From the NCBI GenBank assembly GCA_010015805.1, contig ML978124.1:1364001-1428000 (forward strand): 64,000 bases of DNA, in the 5' to 3' direction. Under the pieces are notes generated by a model. It had not been told where the DNA came from. It saw nothing but the letters and a program-made list of their open reading frames with translations, and ran no database searches. Below, one piece after another: positions 62,792 to 64,000 of the stretch (positions within the stretch are counted from its first letter, which is position 1; each line of letters begins with the position of its first letter). The position numbers were made by a program, and so were the translations under genes. Origin of the DNA: Rhizodiscina lignyota (Eukaryota).

Positions 62792-62846
62792 CCGCCGACT
62801 CGGCGGTCTTATTTGGTATGCGCCGAGTTTTCGGCCGAGTTTTCGG
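62792..62846. promoter_or_regulatory. Cluster of CGG/CCG half-sites upstream of the Zn2Cys6 gene
   Basis: Inverted repeat CCGCCGA-C-TCGGCGG (62792-62806) and tandem CCGAGTTTTCGG x2 (62823-62846). Confidence 0.55.
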
Positions 62847-63370
62847 GCCAAGTCATGGGCAACCCTTGTCCGCTCAGGGGCTGTCAGGAATGAAAACATT
62901 GCCTCACGGTCGAAGACAGTTGGTTCTCTGACTCGTTGGCTGGTGTGAACGCGCCTTATCTGCCACCTACCTAATCCACGTGGGCCTCCCAGTATCCTAC
63001 GCCATTGAGGCTTTACTTAACATTGCAAGATGCTATTGAGCATCGTGGGTTAAAATATTTCAAGTTGATACTTTGGTTGGACGTGACAAGGAAGCTATCC
63101 TCAAGTGCAAAGTACCAGACTGCTAAGGTGATATGCTCTTCTGTGGGTACGATAAACGCTAAGGCGCAGTTGTCTTGATAGATACTGTCTAGACCGGATT
63201 GAATTGAGCTTTCAAAGATGCTCTCGCCTGCCTCGAATAGTAAGACCTGCACGTCGACAACTGTAACACTTCTTCTCGGATTCAACAATTAGGTTGTTGC
63301 TCTCGAGGTTGACGTAGAGTATCTGTGTCTTACACGACTCAACTCGCTCTGACTAAGCCGTATGCACGAC

Positions 63371-64000
63371 TCAAGCGAAAAGGAGGCTGGGATTTTCAAC
63401 CCAGAACTTCTGCCACGTCGTGTCATCTGTTATCCACTCTCTCAGTTTCTGGATATGGGCCGCATTTGGAACCTCCCGAAAGCCTTCTACAGTCTCTAAG
63501 CGCTGCTTCTCTGTCATCCCCGTGCGCCCTTTCCCGAGCTGCGTGTGTGGCCAATCTGAGCCGAAGATAATCTGCGTCGGCCCTGCTTCAATGATGGCTT
63601 TTGCGAGAGGTGTCAAGGAGTCTATGCCCTCTGGGATGCCATTGTACAATCTCTCAAAGCCTGAGAGCTTGACCCATAGGCGCTTCTCTTTAACCAAGTC
63701 CAGGAACTTGCCGAATTCTTCCAACTTCTCCTCCCCCGGAAACGTGCCCCCAAAATGGTCGGCTACAAACTTGATCTTTGGATACGCACGAACTGTAGGG
63801 GCTAGATCAACCCAAGTCCTGAAGTCGCAGAATACATCCACGATCCACTCATGCCGTGAGTCTTGTGATAGTCGCTTCGCCAGAGCGTCAACCTCCTTGA
63901 TCAGCGGTTCCGAACTAGGCCGGCTCTTTGCCTCCCACGCCATCCTATGCAGGCGTGCACCTCGCACGCCAGCGGCATACAGGTGGTTGAGCTCGTCATC
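63371..64000 (-). CDS. Amidohydrolase_2 / LigI-like lactonase family protein, 5' end outside window
   Basis: GVRGARL, VADHFGG, VKLSG, FGSDWPHT, VENPSLLF*. Confidence 0.85.
   Translation of the reverse strand, partial: DDELNHLYAAGVRGARLHRMAWEAKSRPSSEPLIKEVDALAKRLSQDSRHEWIVDVFCDFRTWVDLAPTVRAYPKIKFVADHFGGTFPGEEKLEEFGKFLDLVKEKRLWVKLSGFERLYNGIPEGIDSLTPLAKAIIEAGPTQIIFGSDWPHTQLGKGRTGMTEKQRLETVEGFREVPNAAHIQKLREWITDDTTWQKFWVENPSLLFA

Overview
Gene-dense genomic DNA from a filamentous ascomycete (Pezizomycotina, probably Dothideomycetes; inferred from gene content and short GT-AG introns with CTRAC/CTAAC branch points). About 27 protein genes. A housekeeping backbone (Tag1-like membrane protein, ARG3, ILV6, KHDC4/BLOM7-like KH protein, NAD carrier, QCR7, SEC23, SWC4, CK1, p24, Anp1/Van1-family, NDC1, GLE2, LTO1-like, MES1) is interrupted by accessory islands. 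These are a HET pseudogene split by a tRNA-Ile(AAT) block, an orphan PHD+Myb-like gene flanked by degenerate tandem arrays, a transporter/cyclase/CoA-ligase/SDR group with peroxisomal signals, a stand-alone adenylation domain, and an MFS/Zn2Cys6/amidohydrolase block at the right end. The most notable signal is an oversized intron in the KH splicing-factor gene that carries a U1-snRNA-like CUUACCUG able to pair with a cryptic exonic donor. Also notable are a 55-bp repeat family shared by two loci 10.5 kb apart and a ~220-bp array. Gene identities come from motif recognition by eye, and no database searches were run.
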